Below are positions 49,369 to 62,014 of a stretch of 64,000 nucleotides of DNA, one piece after another (position 1 is the first letter of the stretch; every line of letters begins with the position of its first letter). Made by a program: the position numbers and the translations under genes. The notes under the pieces are model-generated. The model was not told the origin of the DNA. It made no database searches and was given only the letters and a program-made list of their open reading frames with translations. The DNA comes from Rotaria sp. (lineage: Eukaryota), in the NCBI GenBank assembly GCA_905250055.1, contig CAJNOF010000042.1:403805-467804 (forward strand), written 5' to 3'.

Positions 49369-52300
49369 CTATTCATCATTTGTGATCATCAAATTATTAG
49401 CTTCACATCGTTGTTGTAATGCTTGTCGTTCTTCTGTCGTTGCACTAATCATTTCGATCTTAATATCTAGTTTATTTTTCAAAATTGACATTTGTGAATC
49501 TCTATTCTAGATTAATTAACATACCGTTTCGTATTTTGTCTTCAAGTTCATTTGCTTTTTCGTGTTCATTCAATGAATAACGATACGTATGTATAATAGA
49601 CATCATCATATCAAACTTAGGATCACCACCAGCTCGATAGGAAATTTTTTCACAAAGTTTTTCAATATCAACAATTGATTCTTTTTTGCTTTGAATCGAT
49701 GCACATTCGAGTGAAATACGTGCATCAATCAATTTTTGTTTAATCGAAACTAAATTTGTTACATCACCATTCCATTCAATGTATGGTAGTAAGTCAATAT
49801 CTCGATCAAGCATAACATCCAGAAGACGAACGCCTATCACAGAATGTATACAAATAAATATTCTCATTATTAATATACATTAGATTTTGACTAACCTGGT
49901 TGACGAATTTGTCTATCTGTTTTAGCATCACGTTCTTCGATGGCAACAAAACTAGTGTATTCACTAACGACAGAATGTTTGATACTTAGATCGATGAGAT
50001 CTCGTTTACATTGAACTTTGATTAGTTCATTTTCACTCTCGTTCACATGCAATAATCCATTTTCATAATCATTAATAATCGCTCGAGCAGTTAGACAATG
50101 TAGAATATGTCCTTTGGTCGTTGTTATCGGACTACTAAATACCGTCGTAACAAATTCTTGTCCATCGATAGTAGCTGTTAATGTTGCCTTGTGACAATTT
50201 TGTATAAATCGATAGACACTAAGTCGCATTCCGTTGAACAAAGATCGAATCATTTTCGGTGCTTGCATATTGAATTTTTGTTCTGTATCTAACTGACCAT
50301 GCCAATCGATTGATATACTTGTAATACAAGGTTGTCGGATTTGTTCGAGGATATTTAAAATTTTTGTTTTCCATTTTGATCGATAGTTCGAATCGAATAT
50401 TGTTGCTAGACCGCCTCCACATGCTCCACGAGCTAATTGTTTCAAACTGTGTTTGTCAGCAATATTACCTATTGCACATGTAAATAAACGATCATGACGC
50501 ATAATCGATTGATGTTCGAGCAGTGTAAGAATCGATTTGAAATCATGAATATGCCCATCGGATAGAAGAATGAATTGACGGCCAAATTTCGATGATGTTA
50601 ACGATGGTAAAAGTGAATAACGATGAAGAACAGAAAATAGATCTGTATTACCACGATGGATAAGTGAATGCTAGAAAATATGTCGAATGTATACATTTCA
50701 GTGAGAAAAATTATGTTCAAGATAAAATTACCAACCAGAACAAAATGTTTGGCTTTATCAAGATTTTCTTTTGTTGTTAGTGTTGAAATCGGAAAACATT
50801 CATCATTATCTAAATAATTGAAATTTGCACAGTAGAATAATACTATTGACAACCATCTTATTACCTGATCCAAAAGTAACTACATTGAAAATTGTATTTC
50901 TATCATTAACTTTTAAATTCATAAGAAATAAATGAGCTAATTGTTTAGCCTGTTGTACATGACTACCATCCATCGAATTGGATACATCAATAATAAAAAT
51001 AATTTCAATTTGTTCGTTCGAATTCATTAATGTTTCAAATCGCGGATAAAATGTAAGCATACATGCTTGAGAATTATTGTTCGATGTTGCTGTTGTTGTT
51101 GTTGTGACTTGGTCATCATCCAATGACAATGTTTCATTTGATATTCGAGGTAAATTAGCACTTTTGAGTGTTATAGAAAGAACAAAATCTCGATCAAGTA
51201 AGACGTTATCGACAAGTTCAACCATAGCTATACAATCAGTTAATTTTCGACGAAGACGATGTGTTGGTGAAAATAATTTGATGATTTCATATGGCATTCG
51301 AATCGATGCTTTGAAACTGAATTCAACTTTTTCATCAACAATACCAATAGATCGTACAATCGATTGATCTTTTGCTTCAATTGCTTGTTTCGATTGCCAT
51401 GAAGCCATTTTAGCTGGAAGACGAAAGATGATATCACCATTTTCGATTTCTAACTCAGCAACATAGGTTATCTTAATGATGACTTCATTATTCGCTGGTA
51501 AATTACCAACAGCTACGCTAAACACTTGAGCTTGTTCTTGATGCATCAAATAGGCACCATGACCTTTTTCGATTGCTTTTCGATATTCTTGTTTGGCTTG
51601 TTCTTTTTCTTTAACGACGCCTTTTATAACTTTATTGTTGATATGTGCTTCAAAACCGCATACAGCCGAATTTTCATCAAGAGGAAACACATATTTAGCT
51701 TCGATCGGTGTTGAACTTGTGTTGTGGTAGACTTGATAGAGAACAACCTTTTTTTTTTGTTAAAAAGAAATATGATAAACTAGTTATACTTTAACAAAGC
51801 GACAGATATATTTTACTTCAACTGTAGAATCAACAATTTGAGCACGAATATGAAATGATTTAAGTGGTACAAGTTTTCCTGACGATGGACATACTAAACC
51901 ATAGTCTTGTTCGGCTACTTCAATGACTTCATCATCCATTGTCAATGGAACTTCGACTAGAACATACAATATCATCTGATCGAATTTTATTCGAATAAAA
52001 CAGAATCATTAGTACCATTTTCACTCAATTTTAATGCATGTTGTTGATGATGAACAATTGGCAATCGCTCTAATTCGATATTAAGAGCATCGTTCGGTGC
52101 CCATGAAACTTCTATAATGTATAGTAAACGCTGTTGATCGAGTTGATAGATCGCATATTCATTATCCTATTTTGATAAAAATCTTATTAGTGATTGCACG
52201 ATTAAGCATATTGCTAGACCAAAGTCGACATAAAAGTCTTGGATCCAAATGTATCTCTCATATTGGATCTTGATTTTTATCTCTAGTAGATTCATATTAA

Positions 52301-55300
52301 TGTTTCACATCGATGTTAACAATGGAAGCAAATGAATAAAGATTTAGCTGAGACAAAAACCTAAGACTCTCTATCTTATACCATGTCTATGTTCAAGTCC
52401 TAGGATGTATATAAGTTTGATTATTTCGGATTTTTCCGTTGAAATGAAATTAAGAGCAATTCTAACATAGATCATAGATCGACTTTCAGTGATGCATCAT
52501 GCGCTTTGGGTATGATATAGAACTCTGCCTTATGTAAAAGGACATGCATTGATTGAATTATGTTTTACTTTCCACTTCAAAATGATACTTCAGTCAAGTT
52601 AAATGTGCATTTGTAGCTCAATTTTCTATTCCAGAGTACAAGAAAACAGTTAAAACGCTTGTTTCCTAGATTGAAGTTCTGGATACATTAGATGATCTGA
52701 AATCTTCTATTCGATCTCTTAGAGAAATGTTGTTTTTAGATGCACTCAGTGACAGTTATCATTACTATATAGACTATTGTTTGATAGATTATACTTATTT
52801 TGGCTTTCATTCACAATGACATTGTCATGAAACAAAGCGAAATGCATCTTTCATTACAACACTATTCTTTACATAATGAGGTCTTGGAAAGCAGTTGAAA
52901 GTACTCCGGATTTTGTAGCTTTTTAGTCATTGAATAAAAAAAAACGGAAAGCTTTTGTATAACATTCTACATGAAATTTGACGAATACCACTTTTATACA
53001 AGACACTTGTCGAAACGTTCGTCTCATGTTTGCATACTTGTTTGGTTTCAATTTAATTGTCAAAAAAATTACTTATAGAACCTATGGGCACTATATCAAC
53101 TTTAAAGTACACTGCATAGAAGGCAATAAAGTCTCGTTCATCTGTTCTACAAAATAATCTATGTAGTATCGATTCAAAACGTGGAAAATTCTTTAAAAAG
53201 TTCTATTAATTCGAATCAGTTTAGATTCATAACATTAGTGTCTGTTCAACTTTTAGAGCTCTTTTTAATGATGTACGTTAAAGTTAAAAGTTTTAATCAT
53301 TTTGTTTTGCAATTAAATTAAAAAATTTGCCCATTGAGTGTTATATGTTTTTAAAAACACTTCTTATCAAAATACAGCCTATTCAAATTGACATCGAACG
53401 GTACATAAAAGAGTTTTTCAGCATGAATGCAACGATCAAAGTCGTCAATATGAACATTTATCACATAAACAAAGGATACTGCGCAGGATCTGTCGAGAAA
53501 ATCTAATATGAATCTTATTTTGTGCAATCATAACATGTATCCTTTTTCTTCATGATTAATTTAACCAATGGAAACTACAGAACGAGTGATAAATATTTTA
53601 GAACTTAGCAACACGTTGTAGTACGCACATGAAATATGATGAAATACTTTTTTCTCTATGATGCAAAAATTTTAAAAATGAATGACGTGCTTGTGTATAA
53701 ACACTTTGCTTTTATTATCAAATGAATCATGATGATATCTCGACATTTTAGTTAAAAATGAAAATGATATTCATGAACAGACTTGAGTGACACAACATGT
53801 ACTCTTTTTGTTATTCAGCGATAGGATTCTCTCTTGATTATCACTAAACTGATAACATTTCAAACGAAATAAATCAAATCTTACATTTTTACTTGAGAAA
53901 AAAAAAGTTAGGTTCGTTGATTCTATCCAATCAGCCAAAATTTTCGAAAATATTCTTTTTTTCTTTGATGAAACATAAGAACTCTGTAAACTACTTACGG
54001 TAAACATTGAATGATTTTCTTCTGTTCGTTTGACTCCATGTGTACTATGAAAGCCGTCAGGAGGTTTGGTGAGATTCGGTGAAAATGAATAATAGTTGGC
54101 TGATTCGCCTAGAGCTACTTGACAAATGCACAATAATCGTCGACCTGGTCGTGTTGTGCTTGATGTCGTATATTTTAGAGATGTAGAAGCAGAATCTGAA
54201 AAGTAAATTCCATAGCCAAGACAACCAATATCAGTGCGTATGACACCTAATTCTTCAACTACTATTTTTGGCATAGTCAAACCACTAAATGTATATAGCC
54301 AAACTATAAATAATGTCTAGAAGATAAAATGAATATTTTACCGTGAAAGAATTCCAAGAAAGTTGGCATATTTTGATCCATGAAACAGTGACCGTTGATG
54401 AGATAATGATGTACAAAAATTCAGTGCATCTATCTGTTTGGCTACGTTGAATACATGGTGAATAACAATTTTTTCACTACTAGTGAACAAAAGCAAAACT
54501 ATCATTATCAAATCAAATGTTAATGTTTCTTATACCTATTTGTCGATGATTGAATAAGTTCGGCAATATTCTTATATTCGGGTGTTGAACTATCAACTGT
54601 TTCAATGTGACATTTCAATGCTCGATATTTGGCTTCGATCGGTGCTTTAATATTCCAATTGGTTAGTTCATTGACTGTTAGCATATCTCGAAGCATCTGG
54701 AAGAACGAAAGATTAAAGTAAGCAATGGAAGGAAATAGACGTACTTGACACAAGTCAATTTTTTCGGTTAATACTCGACGATTCTTTAGCAGATCAACTT
54801 TGTACTGTGATTGATGGGGAATAAGTGAATAAAAACGACGTACAGCAGCAGGATCATTGTTCGATCGAAGTTCAAGCAAAGCTGCTTCAGCTTCGATGAT
54901 CTATTTAATAGTTGGGAGAAAAAAACCTAGTTTGAATGTAGTAAAATAAATGTGTATACCGCTTTGAGAGTGATTGATTCCGGTGGCACGCTCAACATTT
55001 TATTCAAATCACCAATAGATTCTAGCCAAATTGATTCTATCAATTGACATACATTCTCATCAAGTATTTGTGTATCGATACGATGAGTAAATAAAGTCTG
55101 AAAAGAGTTTTTTTTTGAATATTATTTCTTTTTGTTAACGTCATTTATGTACTTACGCGTAACAATAGTTTTGATCCTAATTTATCAGGTAACACCTCAC
55201 GAATTCGTGTTATACGTGGCATTGTAGCCACTCGATAATAGTATGATGCAAACAATTGTTGCTGTTCATTTGGATCATCACTGAATGCATACTGTATCAA

Positions 55301-56122
55301 TACTTTTTTATCTTGTTGTTGTCCTCTGTCCGTAATAGTCTGTTTTTCGTATCGAAACCGTAGTCTATAATCAGTCATTGTTCGATCATAGTATTGTTCA
55401 GGAATAACTTGAAGTTCGAGAACAAAATACACATCCAAATTATCGTTGGTTTCCTGTGATAAGTAGTAGAAATATTAACGAACAATAGGTTTATATACGC
55501 ATAGAACTATACTTTGAAAATGGCCCATTTGCCAATTTCACAATGTGTAGACTCATCAAAACGAGGCAAATCAGCATCGTCCCAATTCCATAGTTTGATT
55601 TTATTCAAATCAAATTTATTGATCTTGATGGCACTCGTCCGTGGTCCTAATAAACAAGTATGTCCGGCATGTTATTTAAGAAAGAAAAAACTTTGAATAC
55701 CTGCGACGGAAATAGTGCCGGTCTTTGTAAAATTTTCCTGATCTTCAACCGATTTGATGATATATTTACTAATATCTAATGATGTTTGGTCTGGTGGCAA
55801 GCGACGATATTCGTATACATATTCAACATTGATCAATGGCAGGCCGAGTTGTTTAGCACGACGTGTCTTGTAGGTATTTACATTATTCGTGACCAAAATG
55901 TAGTCAGTCTAAAGAAAAAAGTCACCTGCGACAGCATGTTTGTGGAATAGAACAAAAACGTACACTCGCTGTAAGAATATATGAAATGTGTGCTTGCTGT
56001 TCTCGTAAATAGTTTATCAGTTCTTGCTTAGCTTTGAAGCCTATTTCATGGCCAAGTTCAAGTACAATCGTTTTGCCATTGAATGGTGACAAAAATGAAG
56101 TAGATGTAATAGTTTGTTTCAT
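49369..56122 (-). CDS. PARP4: PARP4 (vault poly-ADP-ribose polymerase)-like: BRCT + PARP regulatory + PARP catalytic + VIT + vWA, ~16 exons
   Basis: Hand-traced minus exons (approximate): 56122-55964 and 55908-55701 (BRCT: FNGKTIVLELGHEIGFKAKQELINYLREQQAHISYILTAS|TDYILVTNNVN...AKQLGLPLINVEYVYE); 55646-55513; 55453-55157; 55097-54960; 54900-54745 and 54696-54536 (PARP alpha-helical regulatory domain: SIGDLNKML...PPESITLKA, IIEAEAALLELRSNNDPAAVRRFYSLIPHQSQ...); 54479-54351 (...SHQRSLFHGSKYANFLGILSR, the H of the H-Y-E triad); 54283-53989 (GLTMPKIVVEELGVIRTDIGCLGYGIYFSDSAS...PDGFHSTHGVKRTEEN); 52168-52002 (DNEYAIYQLDQQRLLYIIEVSW..., catalytic Glu, end of the PARP fold); 51975-51817 (...LVEVPLTMDDEVIEV...GKLVPLKSFHIRAQIVDSTVE, VIT start); 51747-50865 (VIT: EAKYVFPLDENSAVCGFEAHINNKVIKGVVKEKEQAKQEYRKAIEKGHGAYL...; vWA MIDAS: IEIIFIIDVSNSMDG...VVTFGSG); 50809-50736; 50670-49896 (GNTDLFSVL...ILLSDGHIHDF...RLFTCAIGNIADKHSLKQLARGACGGG...HCLTARAIINDYENG...VSEYTSFVAIEE); 49833-49525; 49466-49369 then stop. 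All junctions GT..AG. The catalytic C-terminus and the VIT start are joined through a 26-nt GT..AG segment (52001-51976). Confidence 0.75.
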
Positions 56123-59100
56123 CTGAAAGTGATCAATGATTTCTTTAACGAACCTACGAATGTATTCATTTTTACTGTTGTTTTCGCATAGATGTCATAA
56201 TACCATTACAATGGATACTCAGAGTTAAATATCAGAGTATCATAAATAATATTTAAGTAAAGTGTATTTACCTTAATACTCTAAATATTATTTCCACAAG
56301 TAATTATCACCTCAGTACTCTCAAGTCAAATATATATTGAGTGTGGATGCACTTGCGTGGAAGATGGAGTATGTAGTTATGGGACTGGAGTGGATGTGAA
56401 TGAATGAAACTATACATTATAGCGCTGAAGTCATTACTCCGTTAGATGATGTTTGTGTGATGGAAGTGAATACCCTTCACTTGGGTACTTTAGTTGATAT
56501 TGTACTTTGTAAATATCGATAGTGGGTATAGCAGTATTAGGATATCACTCTGTTTTCACTTGCAATAGAATACAGAAATAGAAATGATTGCTATCACGTG
56601 TTTTCAATGTAATCGTGTGGAAGTACATGCGCTAGTTCCTGATTACTAACACAATTACCTGAAATCTGGCTTACAGAAAAAGAAAAGAAAAAATGCATGT
56701 TGTTCGCATTATTCTTCATACCACTACGCACGTTGTGCATGTTGTGTTATTACACAAGCTAACAAAACAGGTATATTGTGGAAATATTGACAAGTCATGG
56801 AGCACAACATTAATGCATTTCATTAGTGACATCGTCGCTAACTGCACATATCCGTGTATTATTCATTCGTCAAAATTGTGATATTTGATATCTAAATTAG
56901 AGGACTTACAAAATTCACAGCAAGCAGATTTCAAGAATTCTGTAACGTGGATAAGAAGTACAATCATAATTACATACAAATATTAAAAAAACACTCCCTT
57001 CTTTCTAATAGATGCAAGAGATGTAACATATACGTTAATGAATTTCACAAAAGAAGGCTTTCTACCAGGCAAGGTAGGCTATATTTTGATAATAATAAAA
57101 CTGTTGATGCATAGAAAAATGAGCGAACTATTTAAAAAACGTTTGGTAACGCGCTGGCAACACTTTTCTAAATAAATATCCTAGAATATATATATCAGTT
57201 TAGAATGCCAAATTAAGAATGTTAATATGTAGGTGAAGCTATTACAATTGTTTGTATGTTAATAATGTTTTCTTTTGTTTTCGAAACGAAATAGTGTTCT
57301 CGATAAGATAGAAGAAGATAAAGTCGCACACAGATTAGTGAAGTTTGAAAAGTAATTGTCATTTCTTTTCATAACTATTATCACCAACTTAAATCGACGC
57401 ATAAAATATAAAAGCTTACATAAGGCCTGTAGATTAGTATGATTGGTTGTCTTGTTTTCGAGAACTTGAGTGTCCAGTCTCAATTCTTCTGGTTTACCGT
57501 TAGTGAAATAAGCTTTGTTATTGTTTCAAATTACTATTTCAGCACAATTCTAGAAGCTGGTTTGTGTTCTTGTATTCAATCAAATTCTGTTTATTGACGA
57601 TTCTTATACATAAAAGCTAAACATGATCTACAAATTGTATGGCTATAAGCATAAAATTGACCATACTTGCAGGTGTATTTTGATACACTTGAAACTGATA
57701 CTTCAGTTTGTAGCTCATTCGAGGATTACTGTACGTGTAATTTCAGATATATTCCTGAGTTGATGCGAAGTGGAAAGCTTGAGGGTGTGGATATGAGCCT
57801 TGTCTCCATGCCTTACACACCCACACTCTCTTTTATTGACCTTGGTCCTCTTGTGTGAACTTAATTTATTTTTTACAATAACACATAACTGTTGTGTCTT
57901 TTTATTAGCTTTTTTAGAAAAACAAATGCCAACACACACCGTACAGTGTTTGTGTGCAGTATTTTTGAGCTTAAGTTACATACTGACAATACTCATGATT
58001 AGGCGATATGCATAGTTCGTATTCATCTTTTCCATCTTATTGAGAAAGTTTGACTGTCTCTGTAAATAGATAAGCTTTGTTTTTTTCTATTGATATGACT
58101 GTTGAACATCGAAGATTGAAATGAAGAAAAGTGATCGAAGAACTGTTTAGTTAAATCTATTGTTTGTAAAAGAATTATAACAAACTCTTTGATTCGAGTC
58201 TAAGAACATGTGTGATCCTGAATTTATTATTCAGTATGTCAATAAAGTAAATTTGAAACGAGGTAGACTAATGTGCATAAAATCAGTTGATGCTAAAATT
58301 TCTACAATAATGAATGCATGACAATGATAGAAATAGTTTAGAAAAAAAAACAGCATTCATTAACGGGTTATTACGGTCATATAACTAATTAATATTTGTA
58401 GTGTATTATTTTTTCTTATTCTTTTTATATTTTACTAAGATGGCAAGTGATTAAATTTACAGTTAAAATATCTATAGAAAAACGAAACCACTTGCATATA
58501 AAAAAAAACAAACTTGACATTCCACTAATATCTAATGAAGAAAAAATTGTCTGTCGAAATTTCATAATTGAATATCAAGTTTTATTAATTTATTTTGACT
58601 TAATTCTTAATTTTAAATCTAAATAAATTTTCATCTTAACAAAATTTAAAGGAATAAAGAAGAGTAGTTTACCAAAAAATATTAACTGAAAAAAAATCAG
58701 ATGTCGCAGAATCACTGATTAAAATGTGTAACAATAGCTTGTGTTGTAATGAATATGTTTAACTTACTACTGTAGGAATTGTGTATCGTTGATAATTCAT
58801 GCTGCTAAAAGCGAATTATATCAAATGATTTTTTTTTCTAAATGAGAAATAGAGTCCAGTTCGAAATCTAGCCAAGATTGTCTTCAACTCATTTCTTTTA
58901 TTAAAAGACTGAGCTTGAAGTATTTCAGAGCTTCTCGTCGTTTGCTACAAAAGAACTTTTTATACATTGCAGCCAACACGTTTTTTGCCCATGGATATGA
59001 AATAAGTATGAATTGTTCAAACTGATTTCTTTGTCATGCTGGAAGATTTGATCTTTGATGAAATCATGAAGTCGCAAAACGTGTCTTTTTTTGTATAAAA

Positions 59101-60089
59101 TGAAAGCCATAACGAAAATCTTTGGAGTTTTCTCATGGAATTCTTGAGAGATCCAATACGTTTCCTTCAGTAATTCTTCTAGAAGAAAAAAGTTGTATTC
59201 TACAAAGAACAAAATTCAGCGTATAAAATAAGCAATAAAAACTCGTTTTAACATTGTCGATAACAATGTTTTAAAATCAACGATAGCTCTATGAATCATT
59301 GAAACATCTTTTCAAAAATAGATTCTTATTCAATGCAGTTCGATTTCGGTTCCATTCTTCTTTGATGTTTCTTAGTCGTATCATGTAAAGGAAAATCGGG
59401 AGAAATTTCCTTTTGTTTTTGTTCAAACAAAAATTGATTGTAGATGATCCTTTGTCGCGCATCAAATGTTTTTAGAAAGAATTATTTCTAAGAAATATTC
59501 ATATGATTAAATAATACACCTTTGGCTGTTAAACAAAGCTTCCAATTAAAGAAACTGATAAATAAAAGTCATGAGTTTTCTTTCTCTTATATTGATTCTT
59601 TCAGTTTCAGAACTTAGTTCATGTACTTTTTTTAGTATATTTGAGATATGTAAAGGTACTGATTTGCCTGTGAATAAGTATGTAGGAAGAAATACTCTCC
59701 TCAACAGCGAACCACACCCTATACTAATTTGTTACGTTTTTCTATCTTTCAGTAAGGGTACTAAATGGGTTAACTGTTGACGTGTGACTTCAACAAAGAA
59801 TTTGTTGTTCTATTACAAAGATTGTTCGGTAAACATCAAGAACAACGGAAACAGATCACTAACGAACAAATCAAAGGATTCATGATGCCGAGATCGATGA
59901 AATTTGAATAATCTAACCATTACCATGTTCGAAACAATAACATTGGTCATTTTTGTTATCAATAAATTTGTATGATACCACCTTATTCAGTTTGTTTCGA
60001 ATAAAATACGTCCAAATATAGATTATTATATTGCACTCGAGCTGAAGTTGCGCACTTCTTGAAGCAAACAGAGTAACCTAGATTATTTT

Positions 60090-60740
60090 CCTTTTCTTCT
60101 ATGAGTTACGTCCATCCTCTTTCGATATCTTATAAGAGAAACGGAAAATCTTTATTTAGTTTAATCTACTTTTTCTTTCTTTGCTTATCTCAATAGTATT
60201 TGCGCATGTCATAAAAGAAATGTAATCAAAACGATATCTTCGCATCTTTTATACAACAAACCGAATAACCTAATTTGCCTTCTTTTTGTTATATGAGTTA
60301 TTCTAATACTTTTCTAGCATCTTGTGAGAGTAATGGAAAAAAATTAGTTTACTTTACTTCACTCTTTCTTTATTCACTTATCCTGATAGTTCTTGCACAT
60401 CTTGTACTTATGAGAAATGTAATCAAAAAGTTAACTTTACTTTTTTTATTATTTTGTTATCCTTATAGTTGTAACGTATTCTATATGAGAATTAGAATGA
60501 GAAAACTAACATTAGTTTTCTGTTTGTCATTCAGTTATCTTGATAGCTGTCAACCATCTGATTAGAGGAAAGTGCATAAATTACTATGTTTGGTATTTGT
60601 TTTTCTTGATTATTTTCTGTAATGGTTTTCTTACGTCTTGTGAGAGAAACCTATTAAGATAGGTAACTTTTACTTTTTCTTAATTAAGTTCTGCTTGTAT
60701 TTGTCAAACATCTAATGAGAAGAATGTAATACGTCAATTT
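60090..60740. repeat. Degenerate tandem repeat, unit ~170-180 bp, ~3.5 copies
   Basis: Recurrent blocks: ...cttatc(t/c)(c/t)(a/g)atagt(a/t)(t/c)ttgc(g/a)cat(g/c)t...(a/g)a(g/a)aaatgtaatcaaaa... near 60195, 60380 and 60700; ...tcttgtgagag(t/a)aa... near 60322 and 60639; ttagtttactttactt / ttagttttctgtttgtc near 60343 and 60513. Confidence 0.5.
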
Positions 60741-62014
60741 AGGATTCCTTTCTTTTCAAAATTCACTTTCTTGATATTTGTTTAGAGTTTTGTGACGATA
60801 AATAGAATAAAATTTTTTTAGCGCAGTTGCTTTGGAGCTAAAATGCAGAGTTCATATATGTTGCTTAGCCTCAATAAACTACTTCAAAAATTGATAAAGT
60901 GAAAAATCGCTTGTAGAGTATGGCTCTTTTACAAGATAATTGATTAGGAAAGTAAAGATTTGTCATATTTGTTTCTGCATTTTCAAGAGAATTTTCCCGA
61001 TTTTTTACGGACGCTCTATTGTTTGGTCTTGTTTCTATTTGCTCGTATTTGTTCATATTTTAACATGATTATTAATGTAAGCATAGAATTAATTGACAAA
61101 TAAGTCTGTCACACATATTCATTATATCTAAAGCAATATATCGTAATACATTGTTGTGTACCTTAATCAGCTCACAAACACTAATATTAATTATTATCTA
61201 ACTTTCTAACTTGATCAATTCACGCTTTCTATATTTTTCATATGACAATAGTTGCAAATCAATGCATTACTACGCATCATCATTGACATGTTGTTTATAA
61301 ATTTTTATCGACTCAAAGAGCCCAAAACTACACTATTCAACGTATTCAGAAACGTATTTTGTATTTGAGCCATTCAGATTTCGAAAAAACCTTTGGAATG
61401 TTATAGAGCAATGTAAGTCATGTCGTACATCATCATTTTTCATTTCTCAAAAACTCTTTGAAAAGGGATCCGACGTCTATTATCTTCGATTGCTTCTGAA
61501 CTAATATTCTGTACATAAGATAAATTCCATAGAGATCTTGTGTCCAGATTAATAGGCATGTTATATACTGACAAGTTGAATGATTTTATTTCAGCCTGAT
61601 CTTTTTCACTGTCCAGAAAACAGAAAGCTCTGACATCTGTTGCAGAATATGATTAATTTTTGGGAATTTCATATCTTGAGAAGGAAATATTCTTTTGTGC
61701 TAAAATTTTTAGGACATTCAACTGACAAATAGATTTGTCTGTTAGTAGAATCTCAGGTCAAAATATCGTCATCCGACATGTTGATATATACTATGTCAGA
61801 GGCTAAAACTCTAGTAAAATGCCTATAACTCTAGATAGAAGGTTTAGGAAAATTTATTCTTTTGAGGCTTTGTATATCTCCATGAAATCCTTCTTATATA
61901 CAGCGTTCAATATCAAAAGTAAATGCTCAGTTGAAAACATTTCCTCATTAGAAAGTACAATAAGAGTAAAGAGTAAAAGAAAGAAATCTTTTTTTCAGAT
62001 CAGAAGCAAATGCC

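Noticed and set aside
50219-51440. Short ORFs 50219..50422 (-), 51077..51367 (+), 51240..51440 (-) inside the PARP4-like gene
   Set aside because: Alternative-frame/antisense overlaps of the large VIT-vWA exons.
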